From Dehalococcoidia bacterium (GTDB taxonomy: Bacteria > Chloroflexota > Dehalococcoidia > Lucifugimonadales > UBA3495), in the NCBI GenBank assembly GCA_965243185.1, contig OZ251531.1, forward strand, positions 2,534,532-2,598,531: a stretch of DNA of 64,000 nt, read 5' to 3'. Of the stretch, positions 62,907-64,000 are shown piece by piece; the first letter of the stretch is position 1, and the number at the start of each line of letters is the position of its first letter. Under the pieces are notes generated by a model. It saw only the letters and a program-made list of their open reading frames with translations. It ran no database searches and had not been told where the DNA came from. A program made the translations under genes and the position numbers.

Positions 62907-64000
62907 TTGTCCCCAACTACCCACCCGCCCCTCCGCATCCTGTTCCTCACCCCCTACTTCCGCCCCTACCTCGGCGGCATCGAGCGGGCCGTCGAACAGC
63001 TTTCCCTCCAACTGCTCAACTCCCCCCAAGTCGCCGCCATCGGCGTCCTCACCGCCAAATACGCCTTCCCCCGCATCCCCCATCCCGAATGGCCCGACCA
63101 TGAGCGTACCCCTCAAGGCATTGACCTATTCCGCCTGACCGGCTTTCCCCAACGCCCGCCGCCCTTCTACTCCGTCCCCCTCGTCTGGTTCTCCCCCCGG
63201 CAAATCCGCCGCTATATCCATCAATTCAACCCCAACATCATCCACTTCGTTGGCGATGGCTGGTTTTGGGGCCACTGGCAGACCTGGCTGGTAATGCGCC
63301 GCCGCGCCCGCTTCATCTTTACCCCCTCCTACCATCCCCTCCCGCCGGCTCACTGCTGGCTGCGCCCCCTCAACCGCCGCCTTTGCCGCGCCGTTGACCG
63401 GGTAGTCGCCCTGACCCATCACGAAGCCGCCCAACTCCAACGCGACTACCGGGTTGACCCCGCCCAACTCTCCGTAATCGGCTGGGGTGCCTCCCCCTTG
63501 ACCACGCCGGACAATCCCGCTAACCGCGAATTGCCGGACAATACCCCGGACGCCCCGGTCCACATCCTCTGCGTCGGCCGCCTCGGCCGCCACAAAGGAC
63601 AGGACTGGCTCCTCGAAACCTACCGCCAAGCCCGCCCCCGGTTCCACCATCCCGCCCGTCTGACCTTTATCGGCAGCGCTGAGGATGCCGCCGCTGACCG
63701 TATCAAAGCCGCCGTCCCGTCCGCCGGCTTGCAAGACGAAGTCCATTTCACCGGCGAACTGGGCGACGCCGCTTTGGCTGAACAATACGCCCAAGCCGAT
63801 CTGTTCGCCCTCTTTTCCCGCTACGAAGCCTTTGGCTTGGTCTATTTCGAGGCGATGTTGCACGGCCTACCGGTACTGACCCATCAGGTCGGCGCCAACC
63901 CGGAACTGCTTACTCACGGCGCCCTGGTCGTTCCCCGCTACGACCGTCCCGCCGCCGTTGCCGCCCTCGTCCGGCTGGTCAACGAATCCGATTACCGCCG
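62907..64000 (+). CDS. GT4-family glycosyltransferase (3' end beyond the window)
   Basis: The frame is open from the TTG at 62907 to the window end. RILFLTPYFRPYLGGIERAV, ILCVGRLGRHKGQD and SRYEAFGLVYFEAMLHGLPVL (E-x7-E region) are present. TGCTATACT lies at 62857-62865 upstream. Confidence 0.8.
   Translation, partial: MSPTTHPPLRILFLTPYFRPYLGGIERAVEQLSLQLLNSPQVAAIGVLTAKYAFPRIPHPEWPDHERTPQGIDLFRLTGFPQRPPPFYSVPLVWFSPRQIRRYIHQFNPNIIHFVGDGWFWGHWQTWLVMRRRARFIFTPSYHPLPPAHCWLRPLNRRLCRAVDRVVALTHHEAAQLQRDYRVDPAQLSVIGWGASPLTTPDNPANRELPDNTPDAPVHILCVGRLGRHKGQDWLLETYRQARPRFHHPARLTFIGSAEDAAADRIKAAVPSAGLQDEVHFTGELGDAALAEQYAQADLFALFSRYEAFGLVYFEAMLHGLPVLTHQVGANPELLTHGALVVPRYDRPAAVAALVRLVNESDYR

Overview
High-GC bacterial chromosomal window of about 70 genes. 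GGAGG-type ribosome-binding sites and TGnTATAAT-type promoters are visible. The gene content (several LLM/F420-type oxidoreductases, a DUF1800/DUF1501 pair, an NHL propeller, OtsAB) fits a Chloroflexota- or Actinomycetota-like organism, but the taxon cannot be proven from sequence alone.

Housekeeping blocks:
- rpsU
- otsA-otsB and rpiB
- thiD
- moeB plus a cysteine synthase
- nusA-ylxR-infB-rbfA-truB
- lexA and rpsT
- a MetE-like gene and an enoyl-CoA hydratase

Accessory material interleaved with these:
- Four IS elements: an ISAs1-family copy with a 10-bp target duplication and a broken transposase; two diverged, inverted IS30-family copies, one with a nonsense codon; and an IS5/IS427-type copy with an orfA/orfB frameshift.
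- Three families of palindromic MITE-like repeats.
- Four DNA methyltransferases: one fused to an HNH nuclease, one fused to an Mrr-like nuclease and translationally coupled to a RelE/ParE toxin, and one Dam-like methylase in a C-protein-controlled R-M unit.
- Two copies of a DUF5678-like plus retropepsin-like two-gene module.
- A toxin-like gene followed by three tandem DUF2283 genes.
- An MNT-HEPN fusion.

The most unusual signal is a three-member family of secreted cysteine-containing proteins. Each member is embedded in the repeat clusters. In two members the signal peptide and the mature domain lie in different frames across a conserved C9 run. That run is followed by an AGA codon and a perfect AGAAC-N4-GTTCT palindrome. 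The third member carries a C9 run upstream of its start instead.

No rRNA, tRNA or CRISPR array was found. All calls rest on reading the translations and the DNA by eye. No database searches were run.
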